64,000 bases of DNA, taken from the NCBI GenBank assembly GCA_963720545.1, contig OY970399.1, positions 2,752,001 through 2,816,000 of the forward strand, given 5' to 3'. The DNA comes from an uncultured Acidobacteriota bacterium (GTDB lineage: Bacteria; Acidobacteriota; Vicinamibacteria; Fen-336). Positions 50,009-60,685 of the stretch are shown here, one piece after another. Under the pieces are notes generated by a model. The model did no database searches. It was not told the origin of the DNA and was given only the letters and a program-made list of their open reading frames with translations. Every line of letters begins with the position of its first letter. Position 1 is the first letter of the stretch. Made by a program: the position numbers and the translations under genes.

Positions 50009-53000
50009 TAATTATCATCATTAACGATCGTGCAGATGCCTCGGTTGTCGAGGATCGTGCCCTGGCTCGTGTGGGTGAGCTTCAGGTTGAAGCGCTCGTC
50101 CGCTTCGGGGATGCGGTCGCCGACGACGTCCGTGACGACCTGCGCCGAGATCGAACCGGCGGGGATCACCACCGAGCCCGACTTCGCCGCGTAGTCGTTG
50201 TTGGCGACGCGAGCCGTGCCGTCGGCCGTCTGGTATTGGACGACCACGTTGCGGTTGAACGTGTGCGCGAGCGACACCGTGAAGCGGGCCTTGCGGACGT
50301 TGCGATCGCCCTCCTCGACGGAGACGTCGTCGACCGCGACGGACGGCGCCGTGGTGCTGGCGCAGCCGTACGCGCGGATGTCGGTGACGTACCAGCCAAA
50401 GGCGCCGCCGCAGCCGTCGTTGCCGAAGTCGAAGCGCAGACGGACGGAATCGCCGGCAGCGGCGAGGCCGGTGAGGTTCACCCGGGACGTTCCCCAGGAT
50501 CCGGAGACGCTGCCAGGATCGGTGCCGCTGAAGGCAGCTTCGCCCGCCAGCGGGTTGGTGTTGCCCTGCGCCGCGGTGAAGAGCGACGTGTTGTAGGCGT
50601 TGTAGGTGAAGCTGGCTGCGGGCACCAGCTGCCAGTCGCCGCCGTTGACGCTCACCTTGAGGTTGCCGCCATCGAAGTTCGCTTCGGTTGCGACCCAGTG
50701 GTCGAACGTCAGCAGCGGTGCCACGACGCCGTTGGGGATCTTGATGGCCTTGCTCGAGAGGTGCAGCACGGCCGACTCGTCGCCGCCCGGCGCGCACGTC
50801 CCGCCGGTCGGGTCGATGGCGAACATCGCCGAGCCGTCGCGGCCGTCCGGCAGGTTGGAGACCACCTGCCAGTCGCGGTCGGTGAAGTCGGCCGGCCGGT
50901 TGGCCCTGTGGGTGGTAGTCCAGCGTGCCGAACCCTCGTTGAAGCTCTCCCGGAACAGGTTGACCGCGGCGTCGCCTGTGGAGCAGACGGGCGGCGGATC
51001 CTTGGCGAGCAGCGGCTGGAAGTTGCACTGCACCGGTTCGGTACGCAGTTCGACGGCGAGGGTTGCCTTTGCCACCTGCTGGCAGTCGTCGGCGTCGAGG
51101 ACGTCGGTCGTCGGCGCGCCGGTGTAGGCCTCGACCAGCGTCGCGCCGATGAGGTCGGCGCACGACTGCTCGAGCGCATCGGCGTGATCAGCGAAGTTCG
51201 AGCTCGGCGTCTGGTAGACGGTCTGGGCGCGGAAGTAGATCGGCGCGACCTTGTTGAAGCCGAGGCCGGCGATCGTCTGTCCGTTGTAAGTGCCGCCGTC
51301 CACCAGCAGCGCGAACGCATGGTTGGGCACGCCGGAGTTGGTGTGCACGCCGCCCTGGTCCGAGGCGCCGCAGGTGTACTGCGACGTCCGAGACCTTGCC
51401 GGGGTTGCTGGCGCAGACCGGGTTCCACATGTCGCGCAGCGCGCCGCCGGGTGTCGACCTCTTCGCCCATCAGCCAGCGGTAGGAGTTGTCCACCGTCGG
51501 CGTCTCGTCGAGGCGCAGCGTGGCGTTGGCCGGCAGGTTGGCGCGCAGCAGGTCGCCGTTGGCGTTGCCCAGGCCGACCGCGGGAATGTTCGGGAAGTTG
51601 ACGCCGTCCCCGCCCAGGCCGAACGGCGCGTTGCCGCCGAGCGCATGGTTCGAGATGATGACGGCGACCGCGCCGTTCGCCTCGGCATTCGCCACCTTCG
51701 CCGCGAACGAACAGGTGCCGCGGTAGATGAGCGCGATCTTGCCGGCGACGGCCGCTGCGTTGACGAACGGCGTCTCGCAGCCATCCATCACCGACAGGTT
51801 GCCGCCGCCGGTCGGCGGCCCCGCGTCACCGACGCCGTCGTTCACCAGCACCACGTCGCCGGTGATGCCGGTGCCGGTCAGCGGCGGGCCGAAGTCGGCG
51901 CCGCCGACCGCATAGTTGCCCGCGATGCTGGCCGGGGCGTTGACGCGCAGCACCGGCGGCGGCGTGATGAATGCGGTGCACGAGCCGTCGGTGCGCGCGC
52001 CGCCGGGAGCATCGAGGCCGCGGCCGTTCAGCTGGTCGATGGTCTCACCCCACATATCGGAATACGCCTCGTTGAGGGCGCCCGACTGCCACTGATAGAT
52101 GAGGCCGTGCGTGAACTCGGTGTAGGCGTGCGCCCACTCGTGGCCGGTGACGTCGTCGGTGGTGAAGCCTGGGCAGAACGAGATGAAGATGCTGTTCCAG
52201 GAAGCGTTCGGGCACTGGTAGCCGCGGTTGAAGATCGAGTCCATGGTCGCGCCGTTGCCGTCGAACGAGTCGCGGCCGAAGGTGTTCTTGAAGTAGTTGT
52301 AGGTCTCTTCCGACGCCTCGATCATGTTGTCGGCTTCGACGGTGCCCGTTGGGAAGGCGTCGCCCTCCACCCAGAACGGCGAATCGGGGTAGCTCGGCGG
52401 CACGTTCGGCAGGTTGGCGCCGTCGTAGGCGCGGCGGTTCAGGTCGTCGGCGATGCCACTGATCTGGTCGATGTACTTGCCGGTGTGCGCGTCCATGTAC
52501 ACGAACTCACGAATTGCTCCCTTGCGGTCAGTGACCTCGACTTCCCACGCAAGGTGGTTCTTGCCGGGGACGCCCTTCACCAGGCCCTCGCGGAAGATCA
52601 CGAGGCGGTGGCGGCCGGCGGCAGCATCCTTCGCTGCCTTGTCGGTTGCGACCTTGCCGACCGCGACCTTCGCGACCGACTCGAAGCTGCGCGCAGGCGC
52701 GGTGCTGATGCTGAGGTCGGGCACGAACACGCCGTTCACCGCGCGCAACTGGCCGCCGACGGTGTGGGTACGCATTTCGGCGCCGAACACCGGCAGGCCG
52801 TTGTAGACCTGGCCGTAGACGAGATGGCGGCCGCCGTTCTTGTCGTCGAAGGCGCGCACCAGCGACAGCTCGGACGCGGCGTTGCGGATGCCGAATGCGG
52901 CACCGTACGCCTTGAGGAAATCGGCCGAAGCCTTTTCAGCCGTGGTCTGCAATGCGGCTGGCGCGGCCTTGGCGGCGGGCGCTGCCGGGGCGAGCCGCAC

Positions 53001-53177
53001 GAACCGAGCGCGGCCGGTGGCGCTGTTCAGGCTGACGCGCGCGGCGCCGCCCTTCAAGGCGGCGATGGCGGCGTCTGCGGAGCGGTCCGCGGCGGACGCA
53101 GCTTGCGGAGCGGCGATGGCGATGGCTGCGGCCGCGGCGACTGCGAGCCGCGAAAAATAAGGGTGTCTGGATTTCAT
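50008..53177 (-). pseudogene. M4 metallopeptidase (FTP/PepSY, PA insert, Calx-beta), two frameshifts near 51456 and 51386
   Basis: HEWAH, ALNEAYSD, GGVHTNSG; colinear with intact paralog, restored by removing one G at each site. Confidence 0.85.
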
Positions 53178-53340
53178 TGCTTCACATCTCCTGGAAGGAG
53201 TTTTTCAGGCTTGAAGGAGCTCCGACGGAAGGGACGTCGAAAGGCCATCGAGTAAACGTTTTTGGGGTTCCCGTTGAACGTGAGTGGAGCCTAGGCCCGG
53301 GCTAAGCGAAAGGTCAAGAGGTTGGATGGAGGGGACGAAG

Positions 53341-53387
53341 AAAAAGAACGACGAACAACGGCAACGAACAACGAACAACGGCAACAA
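53341..53387. repeat. Degenerate heptamer tandem repeat (ACAACGR)
   Basis: aaaaaga acgacga acaacgg caacga acaacga acaacgg caacaa. Confidence 0.75.
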
Positions 53388-53389
53388 AC

Positions 53390-53456
53390 AAAAGGAAAGG
53401 GGCTCCCTTTGGGAGCCCCTTATTTACTAATGAGTCGGCGGCTTACGCCGCCGACT
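53390..53456 (-). terminator. Double hairpin / intrinsic terminator after M4 copy 2
   Basis: AGTCGGCGGC-ttac-GCCGCCGACT (53433-53456); AAGGGGCTCCC-ttt-GGGAGCCCCTT (53397-53421). Confidence 0.85.
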
Positions 53457-56400
53457 TAATTATCATCATTCACGATCGTGCAGATGCCGCGGTTGTCGAG
53501 GATGGTGCCTCGGCTCGTGTGCAGCAGGCGCACGCTGAAGCGCTCGTCGCGCTCGGAGATGCGGTCGCCGATGACGGTCGCCGCCACTTCGGCAGAGATC
53601 TCGCCCGGCTGGATGACGACCGACCCCGACTTCGGGGCGTAGTCGTTGTTGGCGACGCGCGCGGTGCCGTCGGCCGTGTCGAACGAAACCGACACGGGCT
53701 TGTCCGAGATCGCGCTGAGCGAGACTGTGAACCGCGCCTTACGCGTGCCGCGGTTGCCCTCGGTGACCTCGACGTCGTTGACTGAGACCTGCGGAGCGGC
53801 GGTGCTGGCGCAGGCGTAGGCGCGGACGTCGGTGACATACCAGCCGATGGCGCCGGTGCCGCAATCGTTGCCGAGGTCGTAACGCAGCCGGATGGAATCA
53901 CCGGGCGCAGCGAGCCCGGTGAGATCCACGCGCGACGTGCCCCACGAACCCTTGTTGGAGCCCTGGTCGGCCCCGCTCCACGCCTCCTCACCGGCCATCG
54001 GGTTGCTGTTGCCGGCTCCTGCGAGAACCAGGTTGTAGGGGCTGTAAGTGAACGAACCGGATGGCACCACCTGCCACGGCCCGCCGTTCACGCTCAGCTT
54101 CAGGTTGCCGCCGTCGAAGCCGATCTCGGTGCTGACCCAGTGGTCGAATGAAACCAGCGGCGCGCTGACGCCGTTGGGCAGCTTGATCGCCGGACTCGTC
54201 AGGTGCAGCACCCCCGACTCGTCGCCGCCGGGCAGGCATGTGCCGATGCTCGGATTGGGAGCGAACATCGCCGAGCCTGCGCGATGGTCGGGCAGCGACG
54301 ACACCACCTGCCAGTCGCGGTCGGTGAAGTCGGCCGGAGTGACCGCGGTGTGGTTGGTGACCCAGCGCGTGCCGCCCGTGTTGAAGCGGTCGCGCAGCAG
54401 GTTGATCGGCGCATTGCCCGCGGGGCAGAAGGGCGGCGGATCGTCGCCGAGGAGCGGCTCGAACCCGCACTGCGCCGGCGGTGTACGCAGCTCGACCGCC
54501 GCGATCGCCTTGGTCACCTGGTTGCAATCGGCGGCGTTCAGCACCTGGCCGGACGGGGCGCCGGTGGCGAGGTCGGGCAGGTCCTGGCCGATGAGGTCGG
54601 CGCACGACTGCTCGAGCCCGTCGGCATGGTCGGAGAAGTCCGACGCGGGGCCGAGGTAGGTGCTCTGGTTGCGGAAGTGGATCTGCGCGGCCTTGGTCAC
54701 GCCGAGGGCGGCGATCGTCTGGCCGTTGTAATGGCCGCCGTCCACCAGCAGCGCATAGAGGTGGTTGGGCACGCCCGAGTTCTCGTGTACACCGCCCTGG
54801 TCGCCGGCCGAGCACCAGTATTCGTTGTCGCTAACCTTGCCGGGGTTGGCGTTGCAGGTCGGGTTCCACATGTCGCGCCCGGCACCGCCCGGCACCTCCT
54901 CGCCGATCAGCCAGCGATACGAATCCTCGAGACCGACCGGGACCGCGAGCCGCAGCGTCGCGTTGACGGTGCCGCCGAGTTCACCGCGCACCGCCTGCGC
55001 CGCCGGGAACTGCACGTTGAGCGACGGGATGGTGACGGTAGGATCGACGCCGGACATGCCGCCCGTGGGAATGCTGGTGGCGACGTCGCCGACGATCGCC
55101 GCGACCGCGCCATTGAGCTGCGCGTTGCGCACCTTGGTGATGAAGTCGCAGGTGCCGCGATCGATGAAAGCGATCTTGCCGGCAACCGCTGCCGCGTTGG
55201 CGAACGGCGACTCGCAGCCGTCGTTGACCGACGCGCCCGCGCCGTCGTTTACCCGGACCACGTCACCGGTGATACCCGCACCCGTGAGCGGCGCGCCGAA
55301 CGAAGCGCCCACGGCTTGATAGTCGCCGGCGATCGCAGCTGGCGAATTGACGCGCAGCGAGGGCGGGAACGGGGTGAACGAGCTGCAACTGCCGTCGCTG
55401 CGCTCGCCGCCCGGCTCATCGAGGCCGCGGCCGTTCATCTGGTCGACGGTCTCGCCCCAGATGTCCGAGTACGACTCGTTGAGCGCGCCGGACTGCCACT
55501 GGTAGATGAGGTTGTTGGTGAACTGGGTGTAGGCGTGGCCCCACTCGTGGCTGGTGATGTCGTCCGTGGTGAAGCCCGGGCAGAAGGAGATGAAGGTACC
55601 GTTCCACGACGCGTTCGGGCACTGGTAGCCGCGGTTGAAGATCATGTCCATCTTCGCGCCGTTGCCGTCGATCGAGTCGCGGCCGAATGCCTTCAGGAAG
55701 AAGTCGTACGTCTCTTGCGACGAGACGATCATGTTGTCGGCCTCGACCGTGCCGGTGGGGAAGGCATCGCCCTCGACCCAGAACGGCGTATCGGGATAGG
55801 CGGGCGGCACGTTCGGCAGGTTGGCGCCGTCGTAGGCGCGGCGGAACAGGTCGTCCGCGATACCTGCGATCTGGTCGATGAACTTGCCGGTATTGGCGTC
55901 CATGTAGACGAACTCGCGCACCGCCTTGCCGTCGCCCACCTCGATCTCCCAGGCGAGCCTGTTGGCGCCGGGACGGCCGCGCAACAGGCCCTCGCGGAAC
56001 ACCACCAGGCGGTGGCCGCGTGCCGTCAGGTCCGCGCCGGCCTTGTCGGTGCGCACCTTCGACACCGCGATCGCCGCGGCCTTGTCCCAGGCCTTCGCGG
56101 GCGCGGTCGCGAGCGTGAGGTCGGGAACGAACACGCCGCTTGCGGCATTGACGCTGCCGCCGCGCGAGTGCACCCGCACCTCCGCGCCGAACACCGGCAC
56201 GCCGTTGTGCACCTGGCGATAGACGACGTGCTGCGCGCCGAGCTTGTCCGAATAGGAGCGCACCATGCTCAGTTCGCTCGCGGCATCGCGCACGCCGAAC
56301 AGGCCGCCGTAGTCGCGGAAGAACGCGGCCGCCGCTTGCTCGCCGGTGGCCGCAACCGGGGCTGCCTTCGCCTGGGCTGCGGTCGAAGGCGCGAGGCGCA

Positions 56401-56572
56401 CGAAGCGCGCGGTGCCGGTGGCGGCGTTGAAGCTGATGCGCGCCGTGTTGCCGGTGTCGGCCTTGAGCCGCGCGGCGGCGGCCGCGGCGGCCTTGTTGCT
56501 GTCGGCCGCGGACGCCAGCGGCGCCAGTGCCACGAGCAGCATAGGAAGACTGCAAAGGCTGTTTCGTTTCAT
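53456..56572 (-). CDS. M4 metallopeptidase (FTP/PepSY, PA insert, Calx-beta), intact
   Basis: Signal peptide; HEWGH, ALNESYSD, GGVHENSG; PA domain (GKIAFIDRGTCDF); C-terminal TADGTA...I.NDD; AGGAG SD. Confidence 0.94.
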   Translation of the reverse strand: MKRNSLCSLPMLLVALAPLASAADSNKAAAAAAARLKADTGNTARISFNAATGTARFVRLAPSTAAQAKAAPVAATGEQAAAAFFRDYGGLFGVRDAASELSMVRSYSDKLGAQHVVYRQVHNGVPVFGAEVRVHSRGGSVNAASGVFVPDLTLATAPAKAWDKAAAIAVSKVRTDKAGADLTARGHRLVVFREGLLRGRPGANRLAWEIEVGDGKAVREFVYMDANTGKFIDQIAGIADDLFRRAYDGANLPNVPPAYPDTPFWVEGDAFPTGTVEADNMIVSSQETYDFFLKAFGRDSIDGNGAKMDMIFNRGYQCPNASWNGTFISFCPGFTTDDITSHEWGHAYTQFTNNLIYQWQSGALNESYSDIWGETVDQMNGRGLDEPGGERSDGSCSSFTPFPPSLRVNSPAAIAGDYQAVGASFGAPLTGAGITGDVVRVNDGAGASVNDGCESPFANAAAVAGKIAFIDRGTCDFITKVRNAQLNGAVAAIVGDVATSIPTGGMSGVDPTVTIPSLNVQFPAAQAVRGELGGTVNATLRLAVPVGLEDSYRWLIGEEVPGGAGRDMWNPTCNANPGKVSDNEYWCSAGDQGGVHENSGVPNHLYALLVDGGHYNGQTIAALGVTKAAQIHFRNQSTYLGPASDFSDHADGLEQSCADLIGQDLPDLATGAPSGQVLNAADCNQVTKAIAAVELRTPPAQCGFEPLLGDDPPPFCPAGNAPINLLRDRFNTGGTRWVTNHTAVTPADFTDRDWQVVSSLPDHRAGSAMFAPNPSIGTCLPGGDESGVLHLTSPAIKLPNGVSAPLVSFDHWVSTEIGFDGGNLKLSVNGGPWQVVPSGSFTYSPYNLVLAGAGNSNPMAGEEAWSGADQGSNKGSWGTSRVDLTGLAAPGDSIRLRYDLGNDCGTGAIGWYVTDVRAYACASTAAPQVSVNDVEVTEGNRGTRKARFTVSLSAISDKPVSVSFDTADGTARVANNDYAPKSGSVVIQPGEISAEVAATVIGDRISERDERFSVRLLHTSRGTILDNRGICTIVNDDN

Positions 56573-56695
56573 GGGCACACGTCTCCTAAGTTCAAATAAA
56601 TGAGCATCTTGCAGGCGAAGGGAGCGAGCGGAGCGTATGAAACGCCGTCCAGCGAGTCAAGGCTTTAATGAAGATGCGGATGCTACGATCCCTCC

Positions 56696-57781
56696 ATGGA
56701 CAACCTTTTCGGCCTCGATCGCGCGGCGCTCGGCGCGGTCCTCGAAGCCGCGGGAGCGCGTCCATTCCACGCCGGCCAGGCTTACTCGTGGCTCTACGCG
56801 AAGCGGGTGCGTTCGCTCGGCGCGATGACGACGCTCGACAAGGCGGTGCGCGCCAGGCTCGCCGCGACCCATGGCGTCGAGTGGCCGGCGGTCGCCGAGA
56901 AGCAGCGCTCGACGGACGGCACCATCAAGTACCTGTTCGCCCTCGCCGACGGCCCGACGATCGAGGCGGTCTACATCCCCGAGCTGCGCCGCCGCACCAT
57001 GTGCATCTCGACGCAGGCGGGCTGCCCGTTGAAATGTGCCTTCTGCCTCACCGGCATCTCCGGCTACAAGCGCAACCTCAAGGTGGGCGAGATCCTCGGC
57101 CAGGTGGCGACACTGATGGCGGACTCGCCGGCTCGCGACCAGCCCTGGAACATCGTGTTCATGGGCATGGGCGAACCGCTCCTCAACATCGACGCGACGC
57201 TGCGCAGCCTGCGGATCCTCATGGACCCCGAAGGCTTCGCGGTGGCGCCGCGCCGCATCACACTCTCGACCGTCGGTATCCTGCCGGCGCTCGAGAAGCT
57301 GATGGCGGAGCCGGTGCGCCCCAACCTCGCGATCAGCCTGCACGCGCCGAACGCGGCGCTGCGCCGCGAGCTGATGCCGATCGAGGACAAGTATTCGCTC
57401 GCCGACGTGATCGCGGCCGCCGCGCGCTACCGTGCGCCCGGCTCGGGCGCCGTGACCTATGAATACGTGCTGCTGCGCGGAGTCAACGACTCGGTCGCGC
57501 ACGCCCGCGAGCTGGCGCGCCTGCTGACGCGCTCGAACCATCGCTGCAAGGTGAACCTGATCCCGCTGAACGCGGCGCGCGACATCCCGTTTGCCGCGCC
57601 GCTGCGGCGCTCGGTCGAGGCCTTCAGCGAGGTGCTGCTGCGTTCGAAGATCCCGGTGTCGGTGCGCAAGCCGCGCGGCCAGGACATCCTGGCGGCCTGC
57701 GGCCAGCTGCATTTCGAGAAGCCGCAGGGCGGCTCGGCCGCGTCCGCAGCCGGCGCCGCCGCAGCGGCGACCGCCCTCTAG
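56696..57781 (+). CDS. rlmN: Dual-specificity RNA methyltransferase RlmN
   Basis: CISTQAGCPLKCAFC, FMGMGEP, LAISLHAP, EYVLL.GVND, RGQDILAACGQL. Confidence 0.97.
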   Translation: MDNLFGLDRAALGAVLEAAGARPFHAGQAYSWLYAKRVRSLGAMTTLDKAVRARLAATHGVEWPAVAEKQRSTDGTIKYLFALADGPTIEAVYIPELRRRTMCISTQAGCPLKCAFCLTGISGYKRNLKVGEILGQVATLMADSPARDQPWNIVFMGMGEPLLNIDATLRSLRILMDPEGFAVAPRRITLSTVGILPALEKLMAEPVRPNLAISLHAPNAALRRELMPIEDKYSLADVIAAAARYRAPGSGAVTYEYVLLRGVNDSVAHARELARLLTRSNHRCKVNLIPLNAARDIPFAAPLRRSVEAFSEVLLRSKIPVSVRKPRGQDILAACGQLHFEKPQGGSAASAAGAAAAATAL

Positions 57782-57796
57782 GGCCGCGCGCCACTC

Positions 57797-59551
57797 GTGA
57801 ACACCCGCCGCACGTCCCTCGCCAGCGGCGCCTTGCTGGCTGCCGCGTTCCTGCTGTTGGTGCTGCCGCGGCTGGGCCTGGTGCCGATCGAGCGCGCGGA
57901 GATCTACTTCCTCGACGCGGCACGCACCATGGCCGAGGGCGGCGATTGGCTGGCGCCGCGCTACCAGGGTCAGGCCTTCTACGACAAGCCCGCGCTCTCC
58001 TACTGGCTGATGGCCGGCGCCTTCAGGATCTTCGGCGTCTCGCTCGGCCCGGCGCGCGCTGTCTCCGCGCTGGCAGCGGCCGGCTGTCTCGCTCTCACGA
58101 TGACGCTTGGCACGCTCTTCTTCTCGCGGCGCGCCGGGCTCGCCGCCGCGGCCGTTCTTGCCACCACCTTCGGCTTCCTGTCGTTCGCGCGCCTCGCGAT
58201 GTCCGACATGCTGCTGTGTTTCTTCGTGCTGGCGGCGGCCACCTGCGGGGCCGCATGGCTTTCACGGCCCCAGTCGCGCTGGTGGCTCAGTCCAGCCCTG
58301 GGCGCCGCGCTCGGCCTCGCGTTCCTCGCCAAGGGTCCGGTGGCCGTGGTGTTCGCGGGCTGCGCGCTCGCCGTGTTCGCCTGGCAAAAGCGCGCCGCGG
58401 TGCGCGAGGCGCTTCCGGCGCACCTGCTCGTGTCGGCCGTGGTGTTCGCGCTCGTCGGCTCGAGCTGGTTCGTGGCCTTGTGGTGGCGTGAAGGCTGGGA
58501 GCCGCTGCGGCATTTCTTCCTGCAGGAAAACCTCGAGCGCTTCGCGGGCGAACGCTACGACGCCGAGCGCGGCCCGTTCTTCTACCTGCTGACCTATCTC
58601 GCCGAAGGACTGCCGTGGTCGCCGTTCCTCGCGATCGCCCTGGTCGCGCTGGTCCGCGAAACGCCTTCCGTGGCGCGCCGGTCTGCTCTCGGCCTCATGG
58701 TCTGGAGCGCGCTGATGCTGGTGCCGCTCAGCGTGTCGCGCGGCAAGATCGACTACTACCTGTTGCCGCTCTATCCGGCCGCGAGCCTGGTGATCGGCAG
58801 GTTCCTCGCGTCCCAATGGCCGTCGGCCGCGGCGGCGTGGGTGCGCGCCGCGCTCGCGGCGCTCGGCCTGCTGTTCGCCGGCTTCGCGTTCGTGCCGCTG
58901 CGCATGCCGCCGGCGTGGCAGCCCCAGGGGCCGGCGCGCTTCGCGCTCGCGGCCGCGGCGCTCGCCGGCGCCGTGCTCCTCGGTGTCGCCGCATGGCGCG
59001 CCCGACGGCAGGCCGGCTGGGCGACCTTTGCCCCGGCAGCGGCCGCCGCGCTGGTGTTCGCGGCCTTCGCGCAGACCACGATCCCGGCGTTTCGCGGCGC
59101 CCAGCCGCAGCACGTAGCCGTCGCCGACATCGCGCGCGAGCTGCGCTACCGCAAGGACGCGCGCATCGTCTACTGCAGCGACCCCGCGCGCCTCGAGCGC
59201 GACGTGCTGTTCGAGGTGCGCCTCGTGATGGCCCAGCGCTGCGACCTGCTGCTGGCGGCCTCTTCCACGCAGCCGCAGCTCTTCGTCCTCGACCCCGGCG
59301 AGCGCGAGTTCCTGGCCGCGGTCCCGGCCCTGCGCGACGTCGCGGAGTACCCGGTGCTGCCGGCGACCATCGCCACCCTCGATGGCCTCATCGCCGGGGT
59401 GGCGCCGTCCCGTATCATCCTGGCAGCGAACTATGAGACCGACGACCCGGTTGCCGAACGCAAGTGGCGCCGCGAGCGCAAGCAGGCGATCCGCGCGGAG
59501 CAGCAGGCCGCGGAGCGGCCGCACCGCAAGCGGCACCGGCGCAAGCCATAG
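57797..59551 (+). CDS. ArnT/PMT-like (GT83/GT39) membrane glycosyltransferase
   Basis: E..F..AARTM...GDW..P...G..FYDKP.L.YW, LAKGPV, LPWSPF, YYLLPLYPA. Confidence 0.9.
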   Translation: MNTRRTSLASGALLAAAFLLLVLPRLGLVPIERAEIYFLDAARTMAEGGDWLAPRYQGQAFYDKPALSYWLMAGAFRIFGVSLGPARAVSALAAAGCLALTMTLGTLFFSRRAGLAAAAVLATTFGFLSFARLAMSDMLLCFFVLAAATCGAAWLSRPQSRWWLSPALGAALGLAFLAKGPVAVVFAGCALAVFAWQKRAAVREALPAHLLVSAVVFALVGSSWFVALWWREGWEPLRHFFLQENLERFAGERYDAERGPFFYLLTYLAEGLPWSPFLAIALVALVRETPSVARRSALGLMVWSALMLVPLSVSRGKIDYYLLPLYPAASLVIGRFLASQWPSAAAAWVRAALAALGLLFAGFAFVPLRMPPAWQPQGPARFALAAAALAGAVLLGVAAWRARRQAGWATFAPAAAAALVFAAFAQTTIPAFRGAQPQHVAVADIARELRYRKDARIVYCSDPARLERDVLFEVRLVMAQRCDLLLAASSTQPQLFVLDPGEREFLAAVPALRDVAEYPVLPATIATLDGLIAGVAPSRIILAANYETDDPVAERKWRRERKQAIRAEQQAAERPHRKRHRRKP

Positions 59552-59572
59552 TAAAGTGGCTGTTCCTTTCAC

Positions 59573-59649
59573 GGCGGTGTAGCTCAGTTGGTTAGAGCAC
59601 GCGGCTCATATCCGCGGAGTCCGGGGTTCAAGTCCCTGCACCGCCACCA
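59573..59649 (+). tRNA. tRNA with CAT anticodon, probably elongator tRNA-Met
   Basis: Acceptor GGCGGTG/CACCGCC, D arm GCTC/GAGC, anticodon arm CGCGG-CTCATAT-CCGCG, T loop TTCAAGT, encoded CCA. Confidence 0.95.
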
Positions 59650-59689
59650 TTCCTCTCCCTTGGTTCCGGCGGCGCGCCCGCGCAGCCCC

Positions 59690-60685
59690 GTGGTCGCCGC
59701 CATCCGGCGCGCGCTGCGCCTGGCCGGCATCCGCGACTGCACGGTGATCGTCGGGTTGTCGGGCGGCCCCGATTCGGTCGCGCTCCTCGACGCACTCGTG
59801 GCGGTCGCCGACGAGCGCGAGATTGCGGTGCACGCCGCGCACCTCGACCATCGCCTGCGGCCCGAGGCGACGCAGGACGCCGCCTTCTGCGCGCGGCTGT
59901 GCGCGCAACTCGGCGTGCCGCTGCACACCGCGAGCGCCGACGTCGCGGCGCGGGCGGCGCGCGACCGGCGAGGAATCGAGGCGGCAGCGAGGCGCGAGCG
60001 CTATGCGTTCCTGCGCCGCGCCGCCGCCGAATGCAGCGCGCGCTTCGTGCTCGTCGGCCACAACCAGGACGACCAGGCGGAAACGCTGTTGCTGCGCCTG
60101 CTGCGCGGCGCGGGCAGCCGCGGCCTCGGCGCCATGCGCCCGCGCCGGGGGATGATCGTCCGCCCGCTGCTCGACGTGTCGCGCGCGCAGATCCTCGCGC
60201 ACCTGGAAATGCGCGCGCAGGACTTCGTCCTCGATCCGTCGAACGCAGACGCCGCGTTTACCCGCAACCGGGTGCGCCACGAGGTGCTGCCGGCGCTCGC
60301 GCGGCTCAACCCGCGGATCGCCGCCAGCCTGGCGCGCACCGCCCGGCTCCTGGCACGCGATGAACGAGCGCTGCAGGGAATCGCGCGCGTGGCAGCAGGG
60401 CAGTGGCGGCGGTCCGCGGCCGGTGGGATCGAAATGCCCGTGGCGCTGCTGCGCAGCCTGCCCCCCGCGGTCGCCTCGCGGGTGCTCCTGGCCGGGCTGC
60501 GGCTCACGGGCGGGCGGCGCAACGTCTCTGCGCTGCACGTCGATGCCCTGCTGCGCCTCTGCCGAAAGCGCTCCGGCAAGGGCCGTCGGCTGGAGCTGCC
60601 CGGGGGCAGGGCGGCAGCGCTCGTCCGCGGCCACTTGACCCTCGGCTCTGCTAGCATCCGCGCCGAGGGCGACCCCGACCAATGA
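59690..60685 (+). CDS. tilS: tRNA(Ile)-lysidine synthetase (start approximate)
   Basis: GLSGGPDSVALL, DHRLR, E.AARRERY, GHNQDDQAET, RPLL, DPSN, RNRVR. Confidence 0.95.
   Translation: MVAAIRRALRLAGIRDCTVIVGLSGGPDSVALLDALVAVADEREIAVHAAHLDHRLRPEATQDAAFCARLCAQLGVPLHTASADVAARAARDRRGIEAAARRERYAFLRRAAAECSARFVLVGHNQDDQAETLLLRLLRGAGSRGLGAMRPRRGMIVRPLLDVSRAQILAHLEMRAQDFVLDPSNADAAFTRNRVRHEVLPALARLNPRIAASLARTARLLARDERALQGIARVAAGQWRRSAAGGIEMPVALLRSLPPAVASRVLLAGLRLTGGRRNVSALHVDALLRLCRKRSGKGRRLELPGGRAAALVRGHLTLGSASIRAEGDPDQ

Noticed and set aside
59588..59689. tilS N-terminal extension given by the ORF track
   Set aside because: It overlaps the tRNA gene; the real start must be downstream (59660 or 59690)
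59573..59700. tRNA as an integration site for an island
   Set aside because: There is no integrase and no duplicated tRNA 3' end; housekeeping synteny continues into tilS
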